Source of the DNA: an uncultured Thermoplasmata archaeon
GTDB taxonomy: Archaea; Thermoplasmatota; Thermoplasmata; RBG-16-68-12
NCBI GenBank assembly: GCA_963768855.1
Contig: CAVYJM010000007.1
Coordinates: 68,600-132,599 of the forward strand
Direction of reading: 5' to 3'
DNA length: 64,000 nt
Shown piece after piece: positions 39,119 through 48,411 of the stretch (position 1 is the first letter of the stretch; each line of letters opens with the position of its first letter). The notes under the pieces were generated by a model. It was given only the letters and a program-made list of their open reading frames with translations, was not told the DNA's origin and did no database searches. Position numbers and translations under genes: made by a program.

Positions 39119-39658
39119 ATGGACCCGGATCGGATGAAGGTCAAGATCTGCCTCGTCGGCGAGGGTGCGGTGGGGAAGACCTGCCTGATCCGGCGGTTCA
39201 TCCACGACCAGTTCGATGACCGATACATTTCGACCCTCGGCGCGAAGGTCTCCAAGAAAGAACTCGTCGTGGAGATGGACGGCACCCGGGTCGACGTCGA
39301 CATGACGATCTGGGACATCATGGGCGAGAAGGGCTTCCGCGAGCTGCTCAAGGAAGCGTACTTCCACGGCGCCCAGGGCGTCCTCGCCGTCTGCGACGTG
39401 ACGCGGATCGAAACCCTGACGGACCTGGACGAGTGGGTCGCGGCGGTCGTGAAGGTGACCGGCAAGATCCCCGTCGAGTTCCTCGCGAACAAGGCCGACC
39501 TGACGGACCAGCGGGTCGTGACGCCCGCGGACCTCGAGTCCGCAGCGAAGACCCACGAGGCCCCGTTCATGTTCACCTCGGCGAAGACCGGGGAGAACGT
39601 CGAGCACGCGTTCGCGGAGCTCGCGAAGTTGATCACGGCACGGGCTCACGCGCAGTGA
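39119..39658 (+). CDS. Rab/Ras-like small GTPase, copy 3
   Basis: G1 GEGAVGKTC, switch I YISTLG, G3 WDIMGE, G4 NKAD, G5 TSAKTG. Confidence 0.92.
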   Translation: MDPDRMKVKICLVGEGAVGKTCLIRRFIHDQFDDRYISTLGAKVSKKELVVEMDGTRVDVDMTIWDIMGEKGFRELLKEAYFHGAQGVLAVCDVTRIETLTDLDEWVAAVVKVTGKIPVEFLANKADLTDQRVVTPADLESAAKTHEAPFMFTSAKTGENVEHAFAELAKLITARAHAQ

Positions 39659-39794
39659 CCGCGTCGCGTCGCTTCGAGATGCGTTCCTATCTGGAAAATG
39701 CTCTCCATGTGATTTCTCAGGTCAAAGATTTTAAGTACGAGCGTCGTGTATTCAAACGCAAGTTGCCTCACCTCCGGGTGAGGATGGTCGTACA

Positions 39795-41777
39795 ATGCCG
39801 GACACACCGGGGGAAACCGCGGAGGAGTTGCCCCCTGTTGACACGTGGATCAACAAGCTCGACTTCAAAAGCACGGCCGAGGTCAAGATCCCGGACCGGC
39901 TCGTCGACCAGGTCATCGGCCAGGAACGCGCGGTCGAGGTCGTCCGGAAGGCCGCCGAGCAGAAGCGGCACGTGATGCTCATCGGCGACCCCGGCACGGG
40001 GAAGTCCATGCTCGCCCGCTCCATGACGGAGCTGCTGCCGCGCGACGAACTCCAGGACCTGATCGTCTACCATAACCCCGAGGATCCGAACGAGCCCAAG
40101 ATCCGCGTCGTACCCGCGGGCAAGGGGCGCGAGATCGTCAACGCCCAGAAGGCGGAGGCCATGCAGCGCCGCGAGCAGAAGGCGTCCATGGTCATGACGA
40201 TCGTCTTCTTCATCATCGGCCTCTCGGTCATCCTCTCGTGGGATTGGGGCGCCGGCACGTTCCGTCCGGACGCGGCGACGACGATCCTGTTCGGGATCCT
40301 GGTGGCTGCGATCATCTACATCGCCACCCGCTACACGGGCCACCGCCAGGAGAACCTGATGGTCCCGAAGCTCCTCGTGACGCACAGCCCGGACGACATG
40401 CCCCCGTTCATCGACGCCACGGGCAGCCACGCGGGCGCCCTCCTCGGGGACGTCAAGCACGATCCCTTCCAGAGCGGCGGCCTCGAGACCCCCGCGCATG
40501 AGCGCGTCGAGTCCGGGGCGATCCACAAGGCCAACAAGGGCGTCCTGTTCGTCGACGAGATCAACGTGCTCCGCATGGAGAGCCAGCAGAGCCTGCTCAC
40601 CGCGATGCAGGAGAAGAAGTTCTCCATCGTCGGCCAGAGCGAGCGATCGAGCGGCGCCATGGTCAAGACGGAGCCCGTTCCGTGCGACTTCGTCCTGGTC
40701 GCTGCGGGGAACCTGGACGCGGTCCAGGGCATGCACCCCGCGCTCCGGTCGAGGATCCGCGGATACGGGTACGAGATTTACATGAAGAGCACGATGGCGG
40801 ACACGGAGGAGAACCGTCTCAAGCTCGTGCGCTTCGTCGCCCAGGAAGTGTCCAAGGACAAGAAGATCCCCCACTTCGACAAGCCGGCCGTGGCCGAGAT
40901 CCTCCGAGAGGCGCAGCGGCGGGCCGGGCGGCGGGGGCAACTGACCCTGCGTCTGCGTGAGCTCGGCGGCCTTATCCGGGTCGCGGGGGACATCGCCCAG
41001 GAGTCGGCCGCGCCCCTCGTCACGAACAAGCACGTCCTCGATGCGAAGCGGATCGCACGCTCCCTCGAACAGCAGGTCGCGGACCGGATGATCGAGCGGG
41101 GCAAGGAGTACCAGATGGTCGTCACCCGCGGGACCGGCGTGGGCATGGTGAACGGCCTCGCCGTGCTGATCGGCGACAACAGCCTGGCGGAGTTCAGCGG
41201 CATCGTCCTCCCGATCGCGGCCGAGGTGACCCCTGCCCAGACCCGCCAGGGCGGGCGCATCATCGCGACCGGGCGGCTCGGGGACATCGCCAAGGAAGCG
41301 GTCGAGAACGTCGCCGCCCTGATCAAGAAGTACACGGGCGAGGACATCTCGAACCACGACATCCACGTCCAGTTCGTCGGCTCGCGGGAAGGCACGGAAG
41401 GCGACAGCGCGTCCATCTCCGTGGCCACCGCCGTGATCAGCGCGCTCGAGGAGGTCCCCGTGGACCAGAGCGTCGCCATGACGGGCTCCCTGAGCGTCCG
41501 CGGGCAGGTCCTGCCCGTCGGCGGCGTGACGGCCAAGATCGAGGCCGCCGCGGAGGCGGGGGCGCGCAAGGTCCTCATCCCGCGGGCGAACATGCGTGAT
41601 GTGCTGCTCGAGGACAAGTACATCGGGAAGATCGAGGTCACCCCCGTGGACACGCTGAGCGACGTGCTCGACCAGGCCCTCGTCGGGCCCAAGAAGTCGG
41701 GCCTCATCCAGCGCCTCTCGTCCCTCGTGCCCAAGATCACCTCGGACAAGCCTGGACCCGCCGTGGTCCCCCACTGA
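39795..41777 (+). CDS. lonB: Archaeal membrane-anchored ATP-dependent protease LonB
   Basis: DQVIGQE, Walker A GDPGTGKS, two-TM insertion, HDPFQSGG, LFVDEI, catalytic Ser GDSASI and Lys GGVTAKIEAA. Confidence 0.96.
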   Translation: MPDTPGETAEELPPVDTWINKLDFKSTAEVKIPDRLVDQVIGQERAVEVVRKAAEQKRHVMLIGDPGTGKSMLARSMTELLPRDELQDLIVYHNPEDPNEPKIRVVPAGKGREIVNAQKAEAMQRREQKASMVMTIVFFIIGLSVILSWDWGAGTFRPDAATTILFGILVAAIIYIATRYTGHRQENLMVPKLLVTHSPDDMPPFIDATGSHAGALLGDVKHDPFQSGGLETPAHERVESGAIHKANKGVLFVDEINVLRMESQQSLLTAMQEKKFSIVGQSERSSGAMVKTEPVPCDFVLVAAGNLDAVQGMHPALRSRIRGYGYEIYMKSTMADTEENRLKLVRFVAQEVSKDKKIPHFDKPAVAEILREAQRRAGRRGQLTLRLRELGGLIRVAGDIAQESAAPLVTNKHVLDAKRIARSLEQQVADRMIERGKEYQMVVTRGTGVGMVNGLAVLIGDNSLAEFSGIVLPIAAEVTPAQTRQGGRIIATGRLGDIAKEAVENVAALIKKYTGEDISNHDIHVQFVGSREGTEGDSASISVATAVISALEEVPVDQSVAMTGSLSVRGQVLPVGGVTAKIEAAAEAGARKVLIPRANMRDVLLEDKYIGKIEVTPVDTLSDVLDQALVGPKKSGLIQRLSSLVPKITSDKPGPAVVPH

Positions 41778-41856
41778 TCGCAAGGGGGCCTCGGGTGGGA
41801 CGGATCGGCAATTCTCCATGCACCTTGGGGCTCTGGCCCCTCCCGGAGGCGGCGAG

Positions 41857-42405
41857 ATGACGCGGACCCTGTTCATCGGCCGGTTCCAGCCGTTCCACAA
41901 CGGGCATCTTGCGATGGTCCAGCGGATCCTCCAGGACAACGACGAGGTCATCATCGGCATCGGGTCCGCGCAATACAGCCACACCGGCGAGAACCCCTTC
42001 ACCGCGGGGGAGCGCTTCGAGATGATCAAACGCGCGCTGGACGCGGTGGGCATCCACGACTACCACATCGTCCCGATCCCCGACACCCATGTCCACAGCG
42101 TGTGGGTGAGCCACGTCAAATCCATCGTGCCCCCGTTCGATGCGGTCGTCACGAACTCGGACCTCGTCGTCCGCCTGTTCCGCGAACACGGCCTGAAGGT
42201 CCTCTCCCCGAACATGGTGAGCCGGGAGAAGTACTCCGGGACGGAGGTCCGCCGCCGGATGCAGAAGGGCGGCGACTGGCAGTCCCTCGTCCCTCCCGTC
42301 GTGGCCGCCTACATCGAGGAGATCGACGGGATCGAGCGCATCCGGGAGACGTACAAGTACTCCACGCCCTACGGGACTCGAGAAAACAATCACGACGAAG
42401 AATAA
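41857..42405 (+). CDS. nadM: Nicotinamide-nucleotide adenylyltransferase
   Basis: FIGRFQPFHNGH, GIGSAQ, NPFTAGER, SGTEVRRRM...W..LVP. Confidence 0.93.
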   Translation: MTRTLFIGRFQPFHNGHLAMVQRILQDNDEVIIGIGSAQYSHTGENPFTAGERFEMIKRALDAVGIHDYHIVPIPDTHVHSVWVSHVKSIVPPFDAVVTNSDLVVRLFREHGLKVLSPNMVSREKYSGTEVRRRMQKGGDWQSLVPPVVAAYIEEIDGIERIRETYKYSTPYGTRENNHDEE

Positions 42406-42582
42406 TGAAAAGGACCCGTTCCGCAAGCGCGCGTGGGGAACGGGCTCTTTGGTAGGCATCCCCCCAAACGAGGACTCGCATCCCCTTGGATTCCTACCGC
42501 CACCATGACACGTCCCCGAGTACTTAAGCCCATGTTACCACCTTGTTACCACCTCGGACGTGCCGATCCGGGGGCGTGGCGA

Positions 42583-43410
42583 CTACCACCCGATCTCGTA
42601 GCCGCAGTACGGATCGCCCTTCAGGATGCAGGCGACCTTCCGCACCCGAACGTGCCTGAAGCCGTAGTCGGCGAGAATCCCCTCGTAGGTCCCCATCCAA
42701 GCCGCGCAACGCGCGGGGCTGCTAATCCAGTCGTAGTTCTTCGCGAGGGCGCGGCGGCCGTGGACCTCAATCTCGAGGCGACCGTGGTTGAACTCTCGGG
42801 CGTAGATCGCCGGTGCGAGTTCGAGGAAGTACTTGAACGGGATGATGATGCCCACGTACCGTTTCACCGACGCGAAGTTCATTGATTCCTCGCGGAGCAT
42901 CGTCCGAACGGTCTCCCCCGAACCGTCGCCAAACGTCTTCTCAATCGAGTCCAAGACCGTGACGACGGTCCGCAGGGGGTACCATCCGGTCGCGTCGATC
43001 GTCTTGGTGGAGATGTCGTGCTCGAGGAAGAAGTCGTCCGCGACCTTCTTGCCGTACTTCTTGCTGATCCAGTGATAGTAGTTCCGGAAGTGGCTTCCCC
43101 GAGCGAGGGGGGCCACGAGGCGGTCCCCGCGGGTGCTCGTGAGCTCGTCGAACACGATCTTCCCCAGGGGCGTCGTCGAGTAGATCTTGCCGCGCGACCC
43201 GTTGCTCAGCGGGGTCACGAGCCCTTCGTGGGCGAGCTGCGCGAGCGCCCGGCTCACGTGCGGCAGGTGGAGGCCCGTCTCCTTCGCGATCTGGGCGGGC
43301 GTCCGCGTGCCCGGGATCACGGCCCCGAGGACCTTCTCCCGCTGGCTGCTCGAGAGGACGTAGGAGAGTTTCTCGAGGGCTTCGGGGGACGCGCTGGGGA
43401 GATTGGCCAT
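42583..43410 (-). CDS. Winged-HTH regulator fused to a V4R/HNOB-like sensory domain
   Basis: N-terminal LSSSQREKVL..TPAQIAKETGLHLPHVSRALAQL..EGLV..KIYSTTPLG. C-terminal GWYP, WMGTYEG, CILKGDPYCGYEIGW (V4R-like C..GD..C). Confidence 0.7.
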   Translation of the reverse strand: MANLPSASPEALEKLSYVLSSSQREKVLGAVIPGTRTPAQIAKETGLHLPHVSRALAQLAHEGLVTPLSNGSRGKIYSTTPLGKIVFDELTSTRGDRLVAPLARGSHFRNYYHWISKKYGKKVADDFFLEHDISTKTIDATGWYPLRTVVTVLDSIEKTFGDGSGETVRTMLREESMNFASVKRYVGIIIPFKYFLELAPAIYAREFNHGRLEIEVHGRRALAKNYDWISSPARCAAWMGTYEGILADYGFRHVRVRKVACILKGDPYCGYEIGW

Positions 43411-43468
43411 CCGGTTCCTTGCGGGGTTTGATGCGGGATGGGGCTAGAAAAACCTTCCCACCGTTCCG

Positions 43469-44791
43469 TCACGCACCGTACGAACCGATCAGGACGGGCA
43501 GCAGGAGCGCTGCCATGAGCTGGATCCGCCGCACCCCGATCCGGACGGGCACCGCACCGGCGAGGCACGCGAGCCCGGCCACGCCGAGGCCGATCCAACC
43601 CGTCGCCAGCAGGATCAGGACGCCGAGGGCGAGGAGGGTCACCGCGGACAGGAGGCGCGGGTCCCACCTCGCGAACCGGGGGGCCAGCGCCGTGGCCAGG
43701 CGGGACGCGACGGGCGCCGCAACGACGGCAGCGAGGACCGAGGCGAGCACGATCCAGAGGACCGCGGAGGGGAGCGCGAAGGGAGAGGGCCAAGTCCCGG
43801 GACCGCCGAGGAGCTCTCGGACGGCTGCCGCGACGCCGCTCCGCGCTCTCCCGATCATGAAGAGCACGGAGACGCTGAGGACCGCGGTCGAGGTCGACAC
43901 CGCGCCGAGGATGACCATGAACCCGGAGGGCGGGAGCTTCCGCGACGTGCCGAGGGCGGCCAGGGTCGCGGCGGCGCCCCCGCTGAGTCCCGGGAGCCAG
44001 GAGACGGCCGCGCCCGCGAGGGAACCGCGGACGGCCTGACCGGCCTCGGAGCGAGTGAGCGGCTCGAGCGGCACCGTCCTCTGCTCCGGGACCTGACCCG
44101 GGCGTGTCCAGAGCGCGACGACCAGGTTGGGCAGGCCGAAGAGACCTGAGAAGAGCGGGAAGAGGGCCGCGTTCGAGTCGAGACTGGAGGGCCCGCGGAG
44201 GACGGCGAGCCCGAGGAGGCCCGCCAGGATCTGGACCTGGATCGCCCGGGCCATGCGGCGGAGGCGCTTGCGGGGGAACCTCGCCTCGGTCGCGACCAGG
44301 GCGACGAGCATCCCCGCGAGGAAGATCGGCGTCCAGGGGCGGAAGGCCTCCGCGAGGCCCACCGGGTCGCCCAAGAGCAACCGGAGCGGGACGAGCGCCG
44401 CGGCGGACAGGGCCACGCCGAGGACCGCGCCCCGCGCCGCGAGGGCCACAGCCCGTGCACCTTCTCCGTCGAGGAGCATCCGGTGTCCCGGGAGGATCGA
44501 GAGGGCCGTCTCCTCCGTGGGCGCTCCCAGGAAGACGGACGGGACGAAGTCGAAGATCCCGTGGCTCACCGCCGTGGCCACGAGGTAGCACGACAGGAGG
44601 AGACCCAGGGTGGCGGGATCCTCTCCGGACCACGGGCCCAGGAGGAACGCGACCCACGAGGCCCGCGTGGCGAGGAGGACCGCTGCGACGTTGTTCACGT
44701 GCAGGCCCGGGGAGAGGCCGGTGACCGCGCCGGTCCCGAACCCAAGGAGGACGAGGCTGAGGAACGCGAGGCCGAAGCCCGGAGCGTCCAC
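43469..44791 (-). CDS. Tripartite tricarboxylate transporter TctA-like permease (archaeal DUF112/COG1784)
   Basis: GAVTGLSPGLHVN, FVPSVFLGAP, SILPGHRMLLDG.G..A, LFPLFSGLFG, SWLPGLSGG. Confidence 0.85.
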   Translation of the reverse strand: MDAPGFGLAFLSLVLLGFGTGAVTGLSPGLHVNNVAAVLLATRASWVAFLLGPWSGEDPATLGLLLSCYLVATAVSHGIFDFVPSVFLGAPTEETALSILPGHRMLLDGEGARAVALAARGAVLGVALSAAALVPLRLLLGDPVGLAEAFRPWTPIFLAGMLVALVATEARFPRKRLRRMARAIQVQILAGLLGLAVLRGPSSLDSNAALFPLFSGLFGLPNLVVALWTRPGQVPEQRTVPLEPLTRSEAGQAVRGSLAGAAVSWLPGLSGGAAATLAALGTSRKLPPSGFMVILGAVSTSTAVLSVSVLFMIGRARSGVAAAVRELLGGPGTWPSPFALPSAVLWIVLASVLAAVVAAPVASRLATALAPRFARWDPRLLSAVTLLALGVLILLATGWIGLGVAGLACLAGAVPVRIGVRRIQLMAALLLPVLIGSYGA

Positions 44792-44845
44792 GGGTGGGGC
44801 ACGGCCGCGCGGGAGGTCGAGTCCGCGTCTGCAGGTAGCGTACCG

Positions 44846-46417
44846 TTAGCCGGTGCGCTCGGACCGGCCCCAGCCCCCGGCTCCGGGGGTCTCGATGACG
44901 AGGAGGTCTCCGCGTCGCACATCGACCGTCACCTTGGCGCGGAGCAAGCGCTCCTCCCCCCCACGGAGGAGTCGGTTCCGCCCCGGCCTCCCGTCGCCGC
45001 CGCCCGCGATCCCCTTCGGGGCGTGGCGCCGCCGCTCCGAGATCACCGAGGCGACCCCGGAAGGGGCCAGGACGCGGAGGCTCCGGCGTACGCCGTCTCC
45101 GCCCCGGTTCCGTCCCGGGCCGCCGGACCCGGGGATGAGCCGGTACTCCTCGACGCGGAGCGGGTAGGCGAGCTCGAGGGCCTCGACGGGCGTGTTCCGC
45201 GTGTTCGTCATGTGCGTGTGGACCCCGTCCATGCCCGCCCGGTACGGCAGGGCGCCCTCCCCGCCCGCGACGGTCTCGTAGTAGGAGAAGCGGCGGCCCC
45301 GGACCGCCCCGACCGTCACGTTGTTCATCGTGCCCTGGCTCTGCGCCGGGACGCGGTCCTGGAGCGGCTCCGCAAGCGCGAGGAACAGGACGTCCACGAT
45401 GCGCTGGGACGTCTCGACGTTGCCGGCCGCGACCGCGGCGGGCGACCGTGCCCGGACAAGCGTCCCCTCCGGGGCGACCACCCGGATCGCCCGGTACGCG
45501 CCGGCGTTCGGCGGGGCGGCGGGGTCCGTCAGGCAACGCAGCACGTAGTATGCCGCGCTGAGCGTGACCGCGAACGGCGCGTTGAGGTTCCCCTGGACCT
45601 GCCGGTCGGTCCCCTCGAAGTTCACCGCAATGCCCGACCCGCCGATCGTGACCTCGACACGGATCCGGAGGTCCCGGCCCTCGTCCTCCCCCGCGCCCTC
45701 CAGGACGTCTTCCGCGGTCCAGGTCCCGCGGGGCAGGGGCTGGATGGCAGCCCGCACCCGGCGCTCGCTGTAGTCCATGACCTCTTGCGCGAAGGAGCGG
45801 AGTCTCGTGACCCCGTGGCGGTCCGCGAGCTCTCGGAACCGTCGCGCGCCGAGCTCGTTCGCAGCGACCTGCGCGCGCAGGTCGCCCAGCCGCTCCGCGG
45901 GCTCCCGCATCTCGGCCCGCACGCGGTCGAGGACCTCCCGCCGCTCCTTCCCGCGGTCCAGGAACTTCTGGGGCTCCAGGACGACGCCCTCCTCCTCGAG
46001 CCGGGTCGCGGATGCGGGCATCGAGCCGGGGGAAATGCCGCCCACGTCCGCGTGGTGCGCGCGGTTGACCGCGAAGCCGAGGAGCCCACCGCGGAGGAAG
46101 ACGGGCCGGATCAGGGTGATGTCCGGAAGGTGCGTCCCGCCGCGGTATGGGTCGTTCAGGATCACCTGGTCCCCCTCCCGGAGCGTGCCGGGAAAGTCGC
46201 GCTGGACCGCCTCGACGGCGAGAGGCATCGAGCCCAGGTGGACGGGGATGTGCTCCGCCTGTGCGATCATCCGTCCGTCCGGATCGAATAGGGCGCAGCT
46301 CGCGTCCATCCGCTCCTTGATGTTCGGCGAGTACGCCGTGCGACGGAGGGAGACGCCCATCTCCTCGGGGATGAACGTGAACGCGGTCCGGAGGATCTCG
46401 AGCTCGATCGGGTTCAA
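44846..46417 (-). CDS. Hydantoinase B/oxoprolinase family subunit
   Basis: EEMGVSLRRTAYSPNIKERMDASCA, HIPVHLGSM, NDPYRGGTHLPD, HHADVGG, GNVETSQR, GVHTHMTNTRNTPVE. TTG start overlaps the hydantoinase A stop. Confidence 0.92.
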   Translation of the reverse strand: MNPIELEILRTAFTFIPEEMGVSLRRTAYSPNIKERMDASCALFDPDGRMIAQAEHIPVHLGSMPLAVEAVQRDFPGTLREGDQVILNDPYRGGTHLPDITLIRPVFLRGGLLGFAVNRAHHADVGGISPGSMPASATRLEEEGVVLEPQKFLDRGKERREVLDRVRAEMREPAERLGDLRAQVAANELGARRFRELADRHGVTRLRSFAQEVMDYSERRVRAAIQPLPRGTWTAEDVLEGAGEDEGRDLRIRVEVTIGGSGIAVNFEGTDRQVQGNLNAPFAVTLSAAYYVLRCLTDPAAPPNAGAYRAIRVVAPEGTLVRARSPAAVAAGNVETSQRIVDVLFLALAEPLQDRVPAQSQGTMNNVTVGAVRGRRFSYYETVAGGEGALPYRAGMDGVHTHMTNTRNTPVEALELAYPLRVEEYRLIPGSGGPGRNRGGDGVRRSLRVLAPSGVASVISERRRHAPKGIAGGGDGRPGRNRLLRGGEERLLRAKVTVDVRRGDLLVIETPGAGGWGRSERTG

Positions 46418-48345
46418 GCTCCCACCTCGATGTCCAGAAGTCCGAGCGGGTCCACCCGGAGGCGACACCCGGGAGGAACGAGGGTCGTCGCCTGGTCCTC
46501 CTCGACGACGAGCGGGCCGTCCGCCTCGAACCCGACCGGCAGCGTGGGGCGGGGGAGGACGTGCGCCTCCTCCCAGCCGCCTTCGAAGAGGACGGCTCGC
46601 GTGTCCGCACGGGGCGTGACCGCGTGCGGGGGCGCGGGGAGCTGACGCGGCCGGGGGAGGCTCGCGACGAGCCGTACGGTTACCGCTTCGATGGGCTCCG
46701 TCGTCGAGGCATAGCCGTAGCGGCGGCGGTGCGCGCGACGGAAGGCAGCGGCGAGGTCGCCCTTCACGGGAACGTTGATCTCGTAGCTCTGTCCGCGGAA
46801 GCGGAGGTCCACGGAGGCCTCGAGGACCGCGCGACGGGATTCGAGCCCCTGGGCGTCGAGGTCGCGGCGGGCCGCGGCGCGGAAATCGGCGATCGCCTCC
46901 CGGATCGCGCGGTTCGCCTTCTCCAGGGGGCGCACGATGCTGCGGCTGTATTCCAGCCGGACAGCGGAGATCAGGATCCCGAACGCGGAGAAGGAACCCG
47001 GGAGGAACGGCACGAGGACGCGGGGCAGGCCGAGTTCGCGGGCCAGGGCGCATGCATGCATGGGGCCGGCGCCGCCGAACGCGAGCAGGCTGAACTCTCT
47101 CGGATCCAGCCCGCCCTTCGCCAGGATGAGTCGCATCGCCTTCGACATCGTCGCCCGGACGACCCGCTGGACCCCGAGGACCGCCTCGTCGAACGGGAGT
47201 CGGAGCTCCCCTGCGAGCGTTTCGAGGCCCTTCCTCGAGAGGGAGACGTCCAGAGGCAGGCGTCCGCCCAAGAGGGCCGGACCGAGCACGCCGGCCACCA
47301 AGTCGGCGTCCGTGACGGTGGGCCGGTCTCCTCCCCGCCCGTACGCCATCGGACCGGGGCGAGCCCCCGCGCTCTCGGGGCCCACGCGCAGCGCGCCGCC
47401 GCGGTCGATCGACGCGAGGCTGCCCCCGCCCGCGCCGACGGACTCGATGTCGACCACGGGGAGGGCGAGCGGGAACGTCTCCACGAAGGCCTCCGTCGTC
47501 CACTGTGGACGGCCGCCCACGATTGTCGAGAAGTCGGCGCTCGTGCCGCCCATGTCGAACGTGACCAGGTTCCGCTGCTTTGATGCACGGGACAGGGCCA
47601 CCGCGGCCGCGACGCCGCCGGCGGGGCCGCTGAGGACCAGGTCCACCGGCCTCCGCAGCACCTCGCGCTGGGATGCGACGCCGCCTCCGGACTTCATGAC
47701 GAAGAAGTCACGGGCAATCGCCTCACGCAGCTCGCCCAGATAGCGGGACACGAGCGGCTTCACGTACGCGTCGAGTACGGTCGTCGAGGCGCGCTCGAAC
47801 TCGCGGAACTCGGCGAGCACTTCGTGGCTGGTCGAGACCGGGACGCCGGGCAGGGCGTCTTTGAGCAGGCGCTCGTGGCGCGGCTTCAGGAAGGAGAAGA
47901 GGAGACAGATTGCCACGGACTCCGCCCCGCGAATCCGGATCTCCTTCACGAGACGCCGCACTTCGCGGTCCGAAAGAGCGCGCAGGGTGCGTCCGCGGGC
48001 GTCGATTCGTTCGCGGACGCCCAGACAGAGGTCTCGCGGAACAGTGGGCGGCGGGCGCGCGACATGGAAATCGTAGAGGCTCGGGCGGTTCTGCCGCCCG
48101 ATCGTCAGGAGGTCCTCGAACCCCGCGGTGGTGACGAACACCGTGCGGGCGCCCTTCCGCTCCAGGATCGCGTTCGTCGCCACGGTCGTCCCGTGGGCCA
48201 TGCCCTCGGCGTCGAGCTCGCGTATCCCCGCGAGGACCGCCGTTGCCGGGTTCGCCGTGGATGGCAGCTTCGTGGACACGACTTCGCGCCCTCGGAACCC
48301 CACGAAATCCGTGAAGGTCCCGCCCACATCAACGCCGACGTCCAC
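46414..48345 (-). CDS. Hydantoinase A/oxoprolinase family subunit
   Basis: VGVDVGGTFTD, HGTTVATNA, EFERASTT, VLSGPAGG, FDMGGTS, ESVGAGGGS, VGPESAGA.PGP. Confidence 0.93.
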   Translation of the reverse strand: MDVGVDVGGTFTDFVGFRGREVVSTKLPSTANPATAVLAGIRELDAEGMAHGTTVATNAILERKGARTVFVTTAGFEDLLTIGRQNRPSLYDFHVARPPPTVPRDLCLGVRERIDARGRTLRALSDREVRRLVKEIRIRGAESVAICLLFSFLKPRHERLLKDALPGVPVSTSHEVLAEFREFERASTTVLDAYVKPLVSRYLGELREAIARDFFVMKSGGGVASQREVLRRPVDLVLSGPAGGVAAAVALSRASKQRNLVTFDMGGTSADFSTIVGGRPQWTTEAFVETFPLALPVVDIESVGAGGGSLASIDRGGALRVGPESAGARPGPMAYGRGGDRPTVTDADLVAGVLGPALLGGRLPLDVSLSRKGLETLAGELRLPFDEAVLGVQRVVRATMSKAMRLILAKGGLDPREFSLLAFGGAGPMHACALARELGLPRVLVPFLPGSFSAFGILISAVRLEYSRSIVRPLEKANRAIREAIADFRAAARRDLDAQGLESRRAVLEASVDLRFRGQSYEINVPVKGDLAAAFRRAHRRRYGYASTTEPIEAVTVRLVASLPRPRQLPAPPHAVTPRADTRAVLFEGGWEEAHVLPRPTLPVGFEADGPLVVEEDQATTLVPPGCRLRVDPLGLLDIEVGA

Positions 48346-48411
48346 GGCCGTGGATAGCGGGTGGCCTTCATGGCCTTTGTCGGCCGATGCGCGCCGACTC
48401 TTCGAGGCTGT

